From assembly GCF_054482525.1 (NCBI RefSeq), contig NZ_CM137006.1: a stretch of 64,000 nucleotides of DNA; one strand, written 5' to 3'. Of this stretch, positions 1 through 10,515 are shown one piece after another. The translations under genes and the position numbers were made by a program. Under the pieces are notes generated by a model. It was not told the origin of the DNA, made no database searches, and saw only the letters and a program-made list of their open reading frames with translations. Positions within the stretch are counted from its first letter, which is position 1, and every line of letters starts with the position of its first letter.

Positions 1-67
1 TCTGCTGGAGCTGGTCAACTCCGTGGTTGGGCTGATTATTGTGTTGATTATCAGCATGGTAGCGTAA
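1..67 (+). CDS. gntP: 3' end of gluconate permease gene (partial, runs off window start)
   Basis: Frame 2 reads LLELVNSVVGLIIVLIISMVA then TAA at 65-67. The tail is hydrophobic and membrane-like. Position convergent with fimH matches K-12 synteny. Confidence 0.6.
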   Translation, partial: LLELVNSVVGLIIVLIISMVA

Positions 68-75
68 AAGAGCAC

Positions 76-100
76 CAGAGCCTGCCATTGGCAGGCTCTG
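76..100. terminator. GC-rich hairpin after gntP (cagagcctgcc-attg-ggcaggctctg)
   Basis: Perfect 11-bp stem seen directly; no clear T-run follows. Confidence 0.4.
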
Positions 101-135
101 ACTGATGACAAAGTCTAAAAATGTGCCCGGCCAGT

Positions 136-172
136 CCCCTCGACCCTCCGGGGAGAGGGTTAGGGTGAGGGG
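136..172. repeat. GC-rich imperfect palindromic intergenic repeat (possibly Box C-like)
   Basis: Contains ggagagggttagggtgagggg. The reverse complement of this motif recurs at 45069-45101. Family name is from uncertain memory. Confidence 0.4.
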
Positions 173-201
173 AACAGACCAGCAAAGTGCGCTTTGTTTA
201 T

Positions 202-237
202 GCCAGATGCGACGCTGACGCGTCTTATCTGGCCTAC
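202..237. repeat. REP (PU) element
   Basis: gccagatgcgacgctgacgcgtcttatctggcctac matches the canonical E. coli REP palindrome. Confidence 0.7.
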
Positions 238-309
238 AAAGGGCTAACGTGCAGGTTTTTAGCTTCAGGTAATATTGCGTACCAGCATTAGCAATGTCCT
301 GTGATTTCT

Positions 310-1212
310 TTATTGATAAACAAAAGTCACGCCAATAATCGATTGCACATTCCCTGCAGTCACCTGCCCTCCGGTACGTGCGTAATTTGCCGTTAATCCC
401 AGACTTACCGCCGAAGTCCCTACTGCTCCTAACGATACCGTGTTATTCGCTGGAATAATCGTACCGTTGCGCGTCAACTGTACGCCGACGCCCTGCGCTG
501 GTGAAAACGAGGCGGTATTGGTGAAAATCGAGTTGCCCGCATCTGCGGTTGTGCCGGAGAGGTAATACCCCAGGTTTTGGCTTTTCGCACAATAAACGGT
601 AAGAGGAATTGGCACTGAACCAGGGTAGTCCGGCAGAGTAACGGTGACATCACGAGCAGAAACATCGCAGCCACCAGTGGGCACCACCACATCATTATTG
701 GCGTAAATATTCCACACAAACTGAAAATCATCGCTGTTATAATTGTTGGTCTGTCGCAAAATAAGCACGGCAATTAATGAACCAGCTTTAATCGCCACCC
801 CGCCCGCACTGCTCACAGGCGTCAAATAAAGCGCCACCGGCCACGGCTTATCCGTTCTCGAATTATAAACAACGCGCGGCGTTTCGCTGGTGGTCGGAAA
901 TGGATAGCTACTGCCACTATATTTTACGGTCCCGGAAAAATTAGATAACACGACGCCGTAAGCCGAGCCTCGTTGCAGTGTGACATAGTCTGTAATGGTT
1001 TCCGGATAATCGTTATGGCAAAAGATTTGCGTCGAAAGATCCACGACCAGGTTTTGCCCCACATTCACGGCGGGCGCAAGGTTTACATAAACATTGGCGC
1101 TGCCACCGCCAATAGGGATAGCTGTACCATTGGCGGTTTTACAGGCGAATGACCAGGCATTTACCGACCAGCCCATCAGCAGTACAGCAAACAGGGTAAT
1201 AACTCGTTTCAT
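310..1212 (-). CDS. fimH: Type 1 fimbrial mannose-binding adhesin FimH
   Basis: Translation MKRVITLFAVLLMGWSVNAWSFACKTANG...; 300 aa from the third ATG of the ORF; fim operon synteny. Confidence 0.97.
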   Translation of the reverse strand: MKRVITLFAVLLMGWSVNAWSFACKTANGTAIPIGGGSANVYVNLAPAVNVGQNLVVDLSTQIFCHNDYPETITDYVTLQRGSAYGVVLSNFSGTVKYSGSSYPFPTTSETPRVVYNSRTDKPWPVALYLTPVSSAGGVAIKAGSLIAVLILRQTNNYNSDDFQFVWNIYANNDVVVPTGGCDVSARDVTVTLPDYPGSVPIPLTVYCAKSQNLGYYLSGTTADAGNSIFTNTASFSPAQGVGVQLTRNGTIIPANNTVSLGAVGTSAVSLGLTANYARTGGQVTAGNVQSIIGVTFVYQ

Positions 1213-1231
1213 TACAATCATCTCTTCGGGT

Positions 1232-1735
1232 TCAGCTGTAGGTATAGGTGATGCTAATCACTGCCTGAATGGTTCCCTGAGTGGCTCCGCCATTTACTGT
1301 CAATGCTCTGACCTGTAACGGGAAGTGCGCTGATTGTGAGGAATCATCCACCTGAACTGTTTTGGTTGCGCCACTATTCAATGTGTTGCCACTGTCATCC
1401 TGTAGCTCTAACTGGATGTTTTGCGCGGTCCCCTGGTTTTTATAATATCCGGTACTGTCGGCTGCCCCGCTGAAGCTGGCAGTGACCCTCGACGTTCCCA
1501 CCGGACAATTAGTCAACTCAAGCGCAACATCATGCCAGGCCGATGCCGCCCCGGCAGACATCAGACTGAAAGAATAAAGATCGCCGAGATCTACCGTGGC
1601 ATTGGTGGTGGAAACCGTGCACGGTTTGGCGACGACCTTACCGTTCACCGTGATGGTGACATCGGCTGCCTGTATCGTCGCACTTGCGAGCGCCAACATT
1701 GCCGCCAATAAATACCCACGTTTGCGCCATTTCAT
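1232..1735 (-). CDS. fimG: Type 1 fimbrial minor subunit FimG
   Basis: MKWRKRGYLLAAMLALASATIQA...; 167 aa; synteny. Confidence 0.95.
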   Translation of the reverse strand: MKWRKRGYLLAAMLALASATIQAADVTITVNGKVVAKPCTVSTTNATVDLGDLYSFSLMSAGAASAWHDVALELTNCPVGTSRVTASFSGAADSTGYYKNQGTAQNIQLELQDDSGNTLNSGATKTVQVDDSSQSAHFPLQVRALTVNGGATQGTIQAVISITYTYS

Positions 1736-1747
1736 GAGCATCTCCAG

Positions 1748-2278
1748 TTACTGATATTCAAGAGTGAAGGTAGCCGTGGCATTGATATGCCCCGCAGTGA
1801 CAGGCACCTGTGTCGCCATTAGCCGGGCGTAAAAATTCAGCGTATTTGGTTTACCCGGCGTCAGGGTCGTCCACGAAATCGCGGACGATGGGGCATTAAG
1901 GGGTATCTGATTTTGTTGCTCATTCAGAAGCTGTATTCCCAGTCCCGCAGCCGCTGACACCGTATTTTCAAGTGCAAGCAGGTTGGCATTGTGGCTATCT
2001 GCAACACCGGTAAACCCAACTTTTACGGCAGAAACGGCATTACCACAGGGTGACAGCAAAATACGAAATGGAACGACAGGAGTCGTCGCGCCAATGTTGT
2101 TAAATTGCTTCGCCGCGTTTTCCATCAGATCAACAGTAAAATTGGTTGATTCAGCGGCCACACTACAGCCGTTATCTCTGACATAGCCGCGGATAGTAAT
2201 CGTGCTATCCGCAGCCAAAGCGTGACTTACCGCCAGCCACAAAAAAGCGCACAGAAGATAAAAAGGTTTGTTTCTCAT
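1748..2278 (-). CDS. fimF: Type 1 fimbrial minor subunit FimF
   Basis: [22 protein letters not shown]...; 176 aa; synteny. Confidence 0.95.
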   Translation of the reverse strand: MRNKPFYLLCAFLWLAVSHALAADSTITIRGYVRDNGCSVAAESTNFTVDLMENAAKQFNNIGATTPVVPFRILLSPCGNAVSAVKVGFTGVADSHNANLLALENTVSAAAGLGIQLLNEQQNQIPLNAPSSAISWTTLTPGKPNTLNFYARLMATQVPVTAGHINATATFTLEYQ

Positions 2279-2287
2279 CACGCCCCC

Positions 2288-4924
2288 TTAACGACATTCA
2301 GCTGATAGCTGGGTTAATAACTGCTGCTGACTCTCTGGTGGCAGTTGATAATTGGCGACACAGTGAGCATTTTCCTCTTCTCCCCATTTCACCTGAACTT
2401 TTCCCGCTAAAGGCATTCCGCTGAGGTAAACCTGACCATTATCCGCAACAATGCCGCTACTCTGGCTACTCTCTGATGTCACCATCGCCCCAAACGGCAG
2501 CGGCTTATTATTGTGGGTTAGCGTCATGAGCAGTTTTATCCCAACGCGCGCTTTAAACTCTGCTCGCACTATCGCCCCACGAGTGGGAACAACGTTAGCG
2601 ACCGCGTTATCTAAATCGACGTTATCAGCCAGGGTATTGGTATCCAGCGCTACTCTGTTTTCCCGATATTCAGTGGCATAAGGCAGCACGGCATAACCGC
2701 GCCAGTCGGTACGCACCCCCGTCTGGTTTTCGACTTTTGCATCTTTTGCGCCAGGCGCTTTAACAAGCACTACCGTATCGTTTAACGGCTGCCCCAGCGT
2801 TACGCCATTGGCATGAGCCAGTACCCCACCGCTGACTCCGTAATAGAGCTGCTTAATATCATCGCTATGGCTGTAACCGATGTTGGCATTGCCGTAACCA
2901 CCGCGATAATTCAGCGTGGCGTAGCCTGTACTTCCGCTATTACCATCACCTCCCCCGGCGTAACCGGTTTGCACGCTATAGCTGAGGTTGTTGTCTTCCA
3001 GCAACGTACCGTATACACCGGCCAGATTGGTCATCCGACCGTTGAGATCGTGTGACATGCTGTAACTGGCACTGGCATGTCGCCACTGAGATTTACTGTC
3101 AGAACGCAGCCAGTGGCTGAAAGGAATATTGACGTTAAGCGCTAACATCTGATCCCGTCCTTTTTGCCAGGCGTTTTTCGTCAGGCTATAGCTGAGCGTC
3201 CAGTTGATATCTTCGAATGCAGTATTTAAACCAGCCTGGAATTGCTCATCGACATTATTCGTTCCCCAATAAGTTTGATGGCTACCACTCAAATACAGTG
3301 TTGATGAGCGCCCGAGTTGCTGAGTAACGGTGAGCTGTAATTTCCCGCGTTTGTTATAAGCGAGGTTGTAATAGTCGGTGAATTTCGGCTTAACCTGAAT
3401 AACTCCGTCCTGTGTTTCGATGTTGTAGCCATTCATTCGACTGTATGTTGTATCAGCGAAATTAAAATATCCGCTGGTCGAATAACGGTAACCCACTAAC
3501 TGAATATTCGTGCCTGACTCATTGAGCGATTTGTTATAGAGAAAACGCACCGATTGTCCGTCATGCTGACTGTCATCGGGAAGTGTGGAATTAGCCTGCG
3601 TCATATCCACAGACAGAGCACCCAGTGCCCCCATGTTTTTCCCGATACCGAAATTAAAAGCACGATAACGATCCGCCAGTTGCGTTCCACCATATATTGT
3701 CCAGCCAGCCGGAAGGCCGTGGAGTAATGTACTCTGGAAAAAGCGGGGTTTTTCCTGTTGCGCATTTCCACTACGGTATTCTCCTGCCGTAATGGAATAA
3801 CGAGTATGCCCTTCACGTTGCAAAAGCGGGACTGACGAATAGGGTACGGTAAAAATCTGCGTGCTGCCGTCAGCCTCTTTGATCGTTACCTGCAAGTCAC
3901 CACTATTACCTGCGGCATAGATATCGTTGATGGTAAAAGGCCCCGGTGGCACCGTACTATTATAAATGTCATACCCATTTTGTTTAATAGTGACCTGTGC
4001 AGTACCACGAGCAATACCGTGGATCACCGGGGCAAATCCTCTTTGGCTATCGGGTAACATATTGTCATCTGAGGCCAATTGTGCGCCGCGAAAGTTAATA
4101 CCATCGAAAATATCGCCCTGAGTATAACCATCACCCAGCGTCAGCCGGGAACGTAACGGAATTATGTCTCGCTCAAGCCAGGTATTGATATGCTGCCATT
4201 TATTTTTGCTACCTGATGAACTGTCGCTACTGTTATAACTCCAGGTGGTATTGTCGCGTAAACGCCACGCACCAATATTTAACCCACTCTGTAGGTTTAA
4301 ATATGCATAATGGCTGTTACCCCCAATCCGATTCTGTACACTATTTCCGCTAAAATTATAATTGAGCAATCCGGCATTAATACCGGGATCCCATAACTCA
4401 GGAGGAATATAACCACGCGCGCGATTACTCATAAATGCCTGAGGGATCGTCAGGTTGAGTCGCTGCTGACCAACATCTAAATGCGCAGTAGCGTCATGGA
4501 TCATTGAGGTTAATGGCACGCAGGCATCATCCGCCAGCAGATTCATACCGGAGACAGAAGCCGTATTCAGCCCCATACCGGCAAGTTGCGCGCGTGTCAG
4601 GCAGGGAACAATCCCTTGTTCACTGTCGCCCGTATTAAATGTGACATCACGCGTTGCCATATAACCATTATTCAAATAGATATCGACACGATACGTCCCT
4701 GGCGGTAATTCTTGCCCATTCTCAAAACGCGATAAATCAGCCACAGCCTGGGGATCATCCGCTAAAAAACGCGGGTTAAAATAGAGTTCGGCAGATGACA
4801 AAGGTGCCTGTGCGGCAAAAGCACAAGCAACAAAGAACCGGACAAAAAAACCAGCCAAACGATGCTTACGAATATGCAAGCATTGTGTGTTTCGCTGGTA
4901 AAGTCTTAAATTCAGATATGACAT
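2288..4924 (-). CDS. fimD: Outer membrane fimbrial usher FimD
   Basis: 878-aa ORF with typical usher sequence; synteny. Confidence 0.97.
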   Translation of the reverse strand: MSYLNLRLYQRNTQCLHIRKHRLAGFFVRFFVACAFAAQAPLSSAELYFNPRFLADDPQAVADLSRFENGQELPPGTYRVDIYLNNGYMATRDVTFNTGDSEQGIVPCLTRAQLAGMGLNTASVSGMNLLADDACVPLTSMIHDATAHLDVGQQRLNLTIPQAFMSNRARGYIPPELWDPGINAGLLNYNFSGNSVQNRIGGNSHYAYLNLQSGLNIGAWRLRDNTTWSYNSSDSSSGSKNKWQHINTWLERDIIPLRSRLTLGDGYTQGDIFDGINFRGAQLASDDNMLPDSQRGFAPVIHGIARGTAQVTIKQNGYDIYNSTVPPGPFTINDIYAAGNSGDLQVTIKEADGSTQIFTVPYSSVPLLQREGHTRYSITAGEYRSGNAQQEKPRFFQSTLLHGLPAGWTIYGGTQLADRYRAFNFGIGKNMGALGALSVDMTQANSTLPDDSQHDGQSVRFLYNKSLNESGTNIQLVGYRYSTSGYFNFADTTYSRMNGYNIETQDGVIQVKPKFTDYYNLAYNKRGKLQLTVTQQLGRSSTLYLSGSHQTYWGTNNVDEQFQAGLNTAFEDINWTLSYSLTKNAWQKGRDQMLALNVNIPFSHWLRSDSKSQWRHASASYSMSHDLNGRMTNLAGVYGTLLEDNNLSYSVQTGYAGGGDGNSGSTGYATLNYRGGYGNANIGYSHSDDIKQLYYGVSGGVLAHANGVTLGQPLNDTVVLVKAPGAKDAKVENQTGVRTDWRGYAVLPYATEYRENRVALDTNTLADNVDLDNAVANVVPTRGAIVRAEFKARVGIKLLMTLTHNNKPLPFGAMVTSESSQSSGIVADNGQVYLSGMPLAGKVQVKWGEEENAHCVANYQLPPESQQQLLTQLSAECR

Positions 4925-4990
4925 TATTCCTCCGGTTTAAAATCACCCGGCAGTCAATTCTTTTTATTCAGGCGAAAAATTCCCCCTGCG

Positions 4991-5716
4991 TTATTCCATT
5001 ACGCCCGTCATTTTGGGGGTAAGTGCGCCATAATCATTTATTGTTCGGTAAGTAATATTGCTTCCTGCATCAGAAGGCAATTTAACCGTGCTTTCGCCCA
5101 TTGGAGGCACCAATGCATTTTCAAGAACCCGGGTTCCGGCATTCAACTCTGTTACCGTCAGGTAATAGGGTGTCGGGTTAATCAGCGTCAGAGAATTCGC
5201 GCTACGACGAAATCTTAATTTTTCTGCGGCCTGATCGGGTGGCAACGCTAATTTAGCCGGGCGATAGTACAGTTTAATGCGGCTGATAATTGCGAGCTGT
5301 AGCGTATTCTCAGTCAATTTTGATTTATCCATTGACGGAATCGCTTTAACGTTCATCCAGAATAAACTTTCCCGATCCTGTGGCAATTGGTTATTTGTTG
5401 CATCAAGAATACGTAAGGTATTCTCTTTTTTTCCCTTCATCGCAAACAGAGGTGGCGTCACGATAAAACGACCATCCTTTACACCATCGGCATTTTCCAC
5501 CCATGATTGAATTAAATAGGTGCTATTTTCATCATTATTTGTCACGGCAAGTTGCACTTGTTTTTGCCCTGCCGGATAAATTACGCGGGTCGCACCTAAG
5601 GCCACTCCCGCTTCAGCGCGTCCGGCAACCATCATTGCCATGAACATCAGGATACCTGCCAGCAAGCAGAATGTTATTTCCTGCGATTTCCTTACATTGA
5701 CGTTTTTATTACTCAC
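4991..5716 (-). CDS. fimC: Periplasmic fimbrial chaperone FimC
   Basis: 241 aa, PapD-like chaperone sequence (GVALGATRVIYP...); synteny. Confidence 0.97.
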   Translation of the reverse strand: MSNKNVNVRKSQEITFCLLAGILMFMAMMVAGRAEAGVALGATRVIYPAGQKQVQLAVTNNDENSTYLIQSWVENADGVKDGRFIVTPPLFAMKGKKENTLRILDATNNQLPQDRESLFWMNVKAIPSMDKSKLTENTLQLAIISRIKLYYRPAKLALPPDQAAEKLRFRRSANSLTLINPTPYYLTVTELNAGTRVLENALVPPMGESTVKLPSDAGSNITYRTINDYGALTPKMTGVME

Positions 5717-5752
5717 TGTCCTGTTCCTGTTATCACATTATCTGCTGAACAA

Positions 5753-6292
5753 TTACTGATAGGTTAAAGAGAACCAGGCCTGGGCATTGGCGATGCCGCC
5801 AGTAACCCGACGCCCGGTAGCACGATATTTGGCGATGAAATGTAGCGAAGTAGAGCCTGAGTAAAGCCGTTTCCAGTTTGCAGGAGGACGATTAATCGGT
5901 ACGAGGTTTCCTTCATCATCAAACAACGCTACGCCAATATTGGCGGCTATCCCTGGCCCCTCTCCCACGGAAAGCACATCCGGATTTTTACCATCCGCGA
6001 CACCGTGAAACGCCACACCCACACGTTCACTCACCACCGTGCTACATTCCCGTAAATGAATAACAAAAGGCACCGGTGCGCTATCTTCCCCTACCGCATG
6101 AAACCGGTTACTGCTGATTTGCCCCATATTGACCGTCATTTGTTTATCACCGGCTTCAATCCGGCAAGTTTCCGCAATAATGACGCCCTGAAATTGCATA
6201 TTTCCGCCGGGCAGCGTGGTATTCCATTTATTTCCGGCCAGAGCAAACATTGGCAGTAACGACGCTAATAGAAATAATCTCTTCCTTTTCAT
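5753..6292 (-). CDS. fimI: Fimbrin-like protein FimI
   Basis: Internal start [20 protein letters not shown] gives 179 aa. The ORF-track N-terminal extension overlaps fimA and was trimmed. Confidence 0.9.
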   Translation of the reverse strand: MKRKRLFLLASLLPMFALAGNKWNTTLPGGNMQFQGVIIAETCRIEAGDKQMTVNMGQISSNRFHAVGEDSAPVPFVIHLRECSTVVSERVGVAFHGVADGKNPDVLSVGEGPGIAANIGVALFDDEGNLVPINRPPANWKRLYSGSTSLHFIAKYRATGRRVTGGIANAQAWFSLTYQ

Positions 6293-6356
6293 CGTTATTT
6301 TTATCGCACAAGGGTGGGCATCCCTGCCCGTAATGACGTCCCTGAACCTGGGTAGG

Positions 6357-6905
6357 TTATTGATACTGAACCTTGAAGGTCGCATCCGCATTAGCAGCAC
6401 CCGGGGTTGCAGCAGCGGTTGCAAAATAACGCGCCTGGAACGGAATGGTGTTAGTACCGTTATTCAGGGTTGTTTCTGCACTAAATGTCGCACCGTCCAG
6501 CGCCAGCGCAGCACCGGTTCTGTCCAGAATTTGCACACCAACGTTTGTTGCGCTACCTGCAGCAGAACTCTGCAGAGCCAGTACATCAGTATGCGTAGCA
6601 TCAATTGCCGTACCTAAGAAGGCAACAGCGGCTTTTGTGGCAACAGTGGTATCGCAATCATTCAGCTGAATGTTAAAACCAACAGCAGAGCTGGTTGCTC
6701 CAGCCTGCTTCAGGCTAGCGGTACGAACCTGTCCTAACTGAACGGTTTGATCAACAGAGCCTGCATCAACTGCGCAAGCGGCATTAACAACTTCCCCTTT
6801 AAAGTGAACGGTCCCACCATTTACCGTCGTAGTATCAGCCAGAGCCGCTGCGGAACTGAGGGACAGAGCCGACAAAACAACGATTGCCAGAGTTTTAATT
6901 TTCAT
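6357..6905 (-). CDS. fimA: Major type 1 fimbrial subunit FimA
   Basis: [23 protein letters not shown] signal peptide; 182 aa. The ORF-track extension into fimS was trimmed. Confidence 0.97.
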   Translation of the reverse strand: MKIKTLAIVVLSALSLSSAAALADTTTVNGGTVHFKGEVVNAACAVDAGSVDQTVQLGQVRTASLKQAGATSSAVGFNIQLNDCDTTVATKAAVAFLGTAIDATHTDVLALQSSAAGSATNVGVQILDRTGAALALDGATFSAETTLNNGTNTIPFQARYFATAAATPGAANADATFKVQYQ

Positions 6906-7023
6906 GCTGCTTTCCTTTAAAAAACTATTTCTAAATCGACATGGGCAGTCGTTCTGTACACTTTGTTTTGTCAACGAGTTTGACTGCCAACACTGCACAG
7001 TTTTCCCCCAAAAGATGAAACAT

Positions 7024-7337
7024 TTGGGGCCATTTTGACTCATAGAGGAAAGCATCGCGCACAAACTTTTTCAGTTTATTTGTTGGCTTGATATTCTACC
7101 GTTATCTTTATTTATAGATTTTTATATTGCATGAGGTGGTTTTTGGAGAGAAGAATGAGGAAGTTGCTTCGAGACACAGAAACGTTAGCTTTACATTTAG
7201 CGGAGGTGATGTGAAATTAATTTACAAGAGAAATAATTTACATATCAAACAGTTAGATGCTTTTTGTCGTTTTTTAATATTTTTATGCTTGAGAAAAAAT
7301 ACGTAACTTATTTATGATATGGACAGTTTGGCCCCAA
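7024..7337. promoter_or_regulatory. fimS: fimS invertible phase-variation switch (314 bp), in phase-OFF orientation
   Basis: 9-bp inverted repeats ttggggcca (7024-7032) and tggccccaa (7329-7337). The internal promoter reads on the + strand, away from fimA. Confidence 0.9.
7289..7318 (+). promoter_or_regulatory. fimA promoter inside fimS, currently pointing toward fimE (OFF)
   Basis: -35 ttgaga (7289-7294), 18-nt spacer, -10 tatgat (7313-7318), adjacent to the inverted repeat at 7329. Confidence 0.75.
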
Positions 7338-7384
7338 TTGTCTTGTATTTATTTGTTTTTTAACTTTATTATCAATGAGTTAAA

Positions 7385-7981
7385 TCAAACCTCTTCTCTT
7401 TTTAATTTTTCGTTTATGAGATTATTTCTTTCCCATAATCCGGCAAAACGAGCAGCATTACTGGCGGTATAACGCACAGTATGGCGAATATTTCGATGCC
7501 CGAGATAATCCTGAATTAAACGGGTATCGGCACCACGCTCCGCCAGTTCATAACCACAAGCATGCCTTAACATATGAGGATGAGTCTGCGTTACGGTTCC
7601 AGCTTCAATACCGGCATCGCGAATAATGCGATAGGCCTGCTGGCGAGAAAGCCGACTCCCGCGGCGAGAAATAAATATAGCGTCGGTCCGGTCAGCGCCT
7701 TTCCAGTTAGCACGTTCCTGGGTCCAGCGTTCCACGGCTTCACGCTCATCAAAACGTAACGGGTGAACGGTAGAAAATCCGTTCTTCAGTCGGCGAATAT
7801 TTATTCGACCTTCATTAAGGTCAAGGTCCTGATAATGCAGATCAAGCAGTTCACTAATACGCATCCCATGCCGATATGCCAACAGAATAAGACAATAATC
7901 TCTGGCTCCCGTTGCCCCGTAACAAACCGCCTGCATCATGGCCTGAACTTCTTTACCGGTAAGATAACGACGTTTACTCAC
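7385..7981 (-). CDS. fimE: Tyrosine recombinase FimE (ON-to-OFF switching)
   Basis: 198 aa; MSKRRYLTGKEVQAMMQAV...; HxLRH and RHTVRYT recombinase motifs. Confidence 0.97.
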   Translation of the reverse strand: MSKRRYLTGKEVQAMMQAVCYGATGARDYCLILLAYRHGMRISELLDLHYQDLDLNEGRINIRRLKNGFSTVHPLRFDEREAVERWTQERANWKGADRTDAIFISRRGSRLSRQQAYRIIRDAGIEAGTVTQTHPHMLRHACGYELAERGADTRLIQDYLGHRNIRHTVRYTASNAARFAGLWERNNLINEKLKREEV

Positions 7982-8459
7982 AATAGTAGTACTCCTAACT
8001 GAGATATATTTGAATGAATACCTATAGGAAACCTCAATCGGTCAAAATTAGCCCAATAGATAAAAAGATAACCACACACGAAGTGATGTGGCTATCAGTC
8101 AATTACATTAAATATCATACAAAAATAAAATATCACTGATGTGACAACATCTATTTTCATTGATTTGATTCAATATAACAATAGATTGCAGTGGATTAAC
8201 TTCCCAGTTGCTTAAAAAATAAAGAAAAAAGTATGAAAACAGGAGAATTTAAGTGATGTGTAAATTTATGAATGATTTTGTTTATTTATTTTGAAGAACA
8301 CAAACCATTGTATTTTGTATGGATATGGTTAACTTAATGTTTATTATGATAATTAAGAATCACACTTACAATAACATCAATTAATAAATGGTTAATCATT
8401 TTTGATATATCGTAAGAATAATGTGTTTTTTAACACCATCCCTGGTATCCCATCTATCT

Positions 8460-9062
8460 CTATAAAACAGCGTGACGCTGTCTCCCTCTAGCTCTATCCC
8501 AGATGCCGTAAAAACGCCCTGCATTGCTGGCGGTATACCAGACTGTATGACGAATATTGCGATGCCCAAGATAATCCTGGATAAGTCGCGTATCTATTCC
8601 CATATTCGCCAAAGCAAAACCACACGAATGGCGTAACATGTGCGGATGAATCTCCAGTGATAACCCAGCATTACCACCAGAAGTCGAGATAATATGGTAA
8701 AACTGTTGCCGAGAAAGCGGATTCCCCTTACGTGATAAAAATACCCACTCGCTCTCAGCATGCGGATACGAAGTACGGATACTCAACCAGTTTTTTAAAG
8801 CCTGAACTTCTTTGTTCAATAGCGGGTGCGTTGTTGAAAAGCCTTTTTTTAATCGATGGATATATATACACTTTGCCTTAAGATCAATATCCGAAATCCT
8901 CAATCGACAAATTTCACTCGCCCGGAAACCATGAATAAAACAAAGCAAAGTCAGACAATAATTACGTGCTGCATGAGGCCCGGTATTTGCTGCTTTAAGG
9001 AGTGACTCGATTTCACTATGGGTCAGGAAGTTCCTTTTTTTGTTATCAGCCTTATTCTTCAT
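8460..9062 (-). CDS. fimB: Tyrosine recombinase FimB
   Basis: Internal start MKNKADNKKRNFLTHSEIESLL gives 200 aa; paralog of FimE. Confidence 0.96.
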   Translation of the reverse strand: MKNKADNKKRNFLTHSEIESLLKAANTGPHAARNYCLTLLCFIHGFRASEICRLRISDIDLKAKCIYIHRLKKGFSTTHPLLNKEVQALKNWLSIRTSYPHAESEWVFLSRKGNPLSRQQFYHIISTSGGNAGLSLEIHPHMLRHSCGFALANMGIDTRLIQDYLGHRNIRHTVWYTASNAGRFYGIWDRARGRQRHAVL

Positions 9063-10077
9063 CGTTTTTCCCTTATAATTACAGACGCGCACTAGCTGTG
9101 CTGGGTTAGCAATAATCCAACATTTTAATCCTGATTATGTTTATAAAAGCGAACGTTTGCTTAATAACTAACGTAAGTGGACCAGTTCTTCAGAGTGAAC
9201 TTAAATGGAGTGGCAACAGTTACTTATAATAACGTTGCCATACAAACGCTATGCTCCTGCATGCTATGTACCTTTATATATTTATCAATCTGATACGAAT
9301 CTAATAATAACCCTCATCATTAATGCAACTAATCTTATCTATATATCATGTGATATGTTCTGTAACAAGTAAAATCAACATAAAAAATTCAGCAAAATTT
9401 AATATTCGTTCAACTAGCCGTCTCACATATGACATTATTAGTCAACTCCATTTGCCACAAAATGGCTATTTCATGGAACGCAGTAATTTCTTAGTGGCTA
9501 TTATCATGCTAATGCTTAGGTCCCTAGCGATTATTCCTGGCTGGTTCGTCAGTTTAGGCCATGAGATTGTTACATTCCTTTTTATCATGGAGATATGGGG
9601 GAAAGCAGGAGACGATTTTTTCATCTACATTCGTTGATAAATATGGCTTTGGTCACTAAGACTTAAACCCTCCTCAATCACAGCTGTTCGCCGGGCAATA
9701 CGGCAAACAAACTAAGTGAAACATCATCCTGAAAACACCAACATCAACAAGCCTCTCCAGATCGACTTCAGGAGTGACCAGTTACAAGCCACAAATCAGG
9801 AAACATATTTCATGGTGAGAATTATGATCAGTCTGATGGCGGGTAAACCCTTATTTTCACCCCGCTCACTGAGTTAGCTTGCAAATCTTCCCTTGTTTAG
9901 ACTCTAGATAAATCTCATATAAAACAGGCAATTAAACAAAAACCTTTGGTTTGTGACGGCCTCCACAAATGTTCGTTTAGCTTCACATGGCATCTTCTTC
10001 TTAGAAAAAGATCGACATATTTTGTGACACGAATTGCAAATCTGGTTTTGTTGTATGGATTGCGTGATTTTTGATCT

Positions 10078-10100
10078 GGTATAACAGGTATAAAGGTGCA
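10078..10100. promoter_or_regulatory. Probable NanR operator (GGTATA repeats) in the nanC-fimB intergenic region
   Basis: ggtataacaggtataaaggtgca: two GGTATA hexamers plus a degenerate third, like the nanA operator. Confidence 0.6.
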
Positions 10101-10515
10101 CCACGATAGTCAATGAGACAGGGCATCTCGCAATCTATGGCAAACATCACTTCAGTTCTTTCTCATCGGGTGATGAAAACGCACTTCAGTCTGAAAGGAA
10201 TATGAAAATGAGATCAACAGACACTCTATTTTATGACTCTGGGTAAAATGGATTGAGTAAGTGATATAGCTTACGAACATTCAAATCAATTAAACATCAG
10301 AAGAGATTTTATACTCAGGTATTTAATCTGGCTCTCTGTTTATTTAAATAATGTGGAAGAGAATTTTCACAGGAGACCTTATACAAAAAATATAAAATAC
10401 AGTTACCCGTTGCCAAAGACACTATAAGCCTGGCAAAAAATATTACACAACATAAATGCTAATTGTTTATGCGGGCTTTGTATTGCTTTCTGTATCCTAC
10501 AAATGAGTGAAATTT

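Noticed and set aside
9323-10113. ORFs of 104 aa (+) and 69 aa (-) in the fimB-nanC gap
   Set aside because: This ~1.4 kb AT-rich region is the known long regulatory intergenic region (NanR/NagC/IHF control of fimB). The ORFs have no RBS, are I/L/F/S-rich, and have no homolog I recognise.
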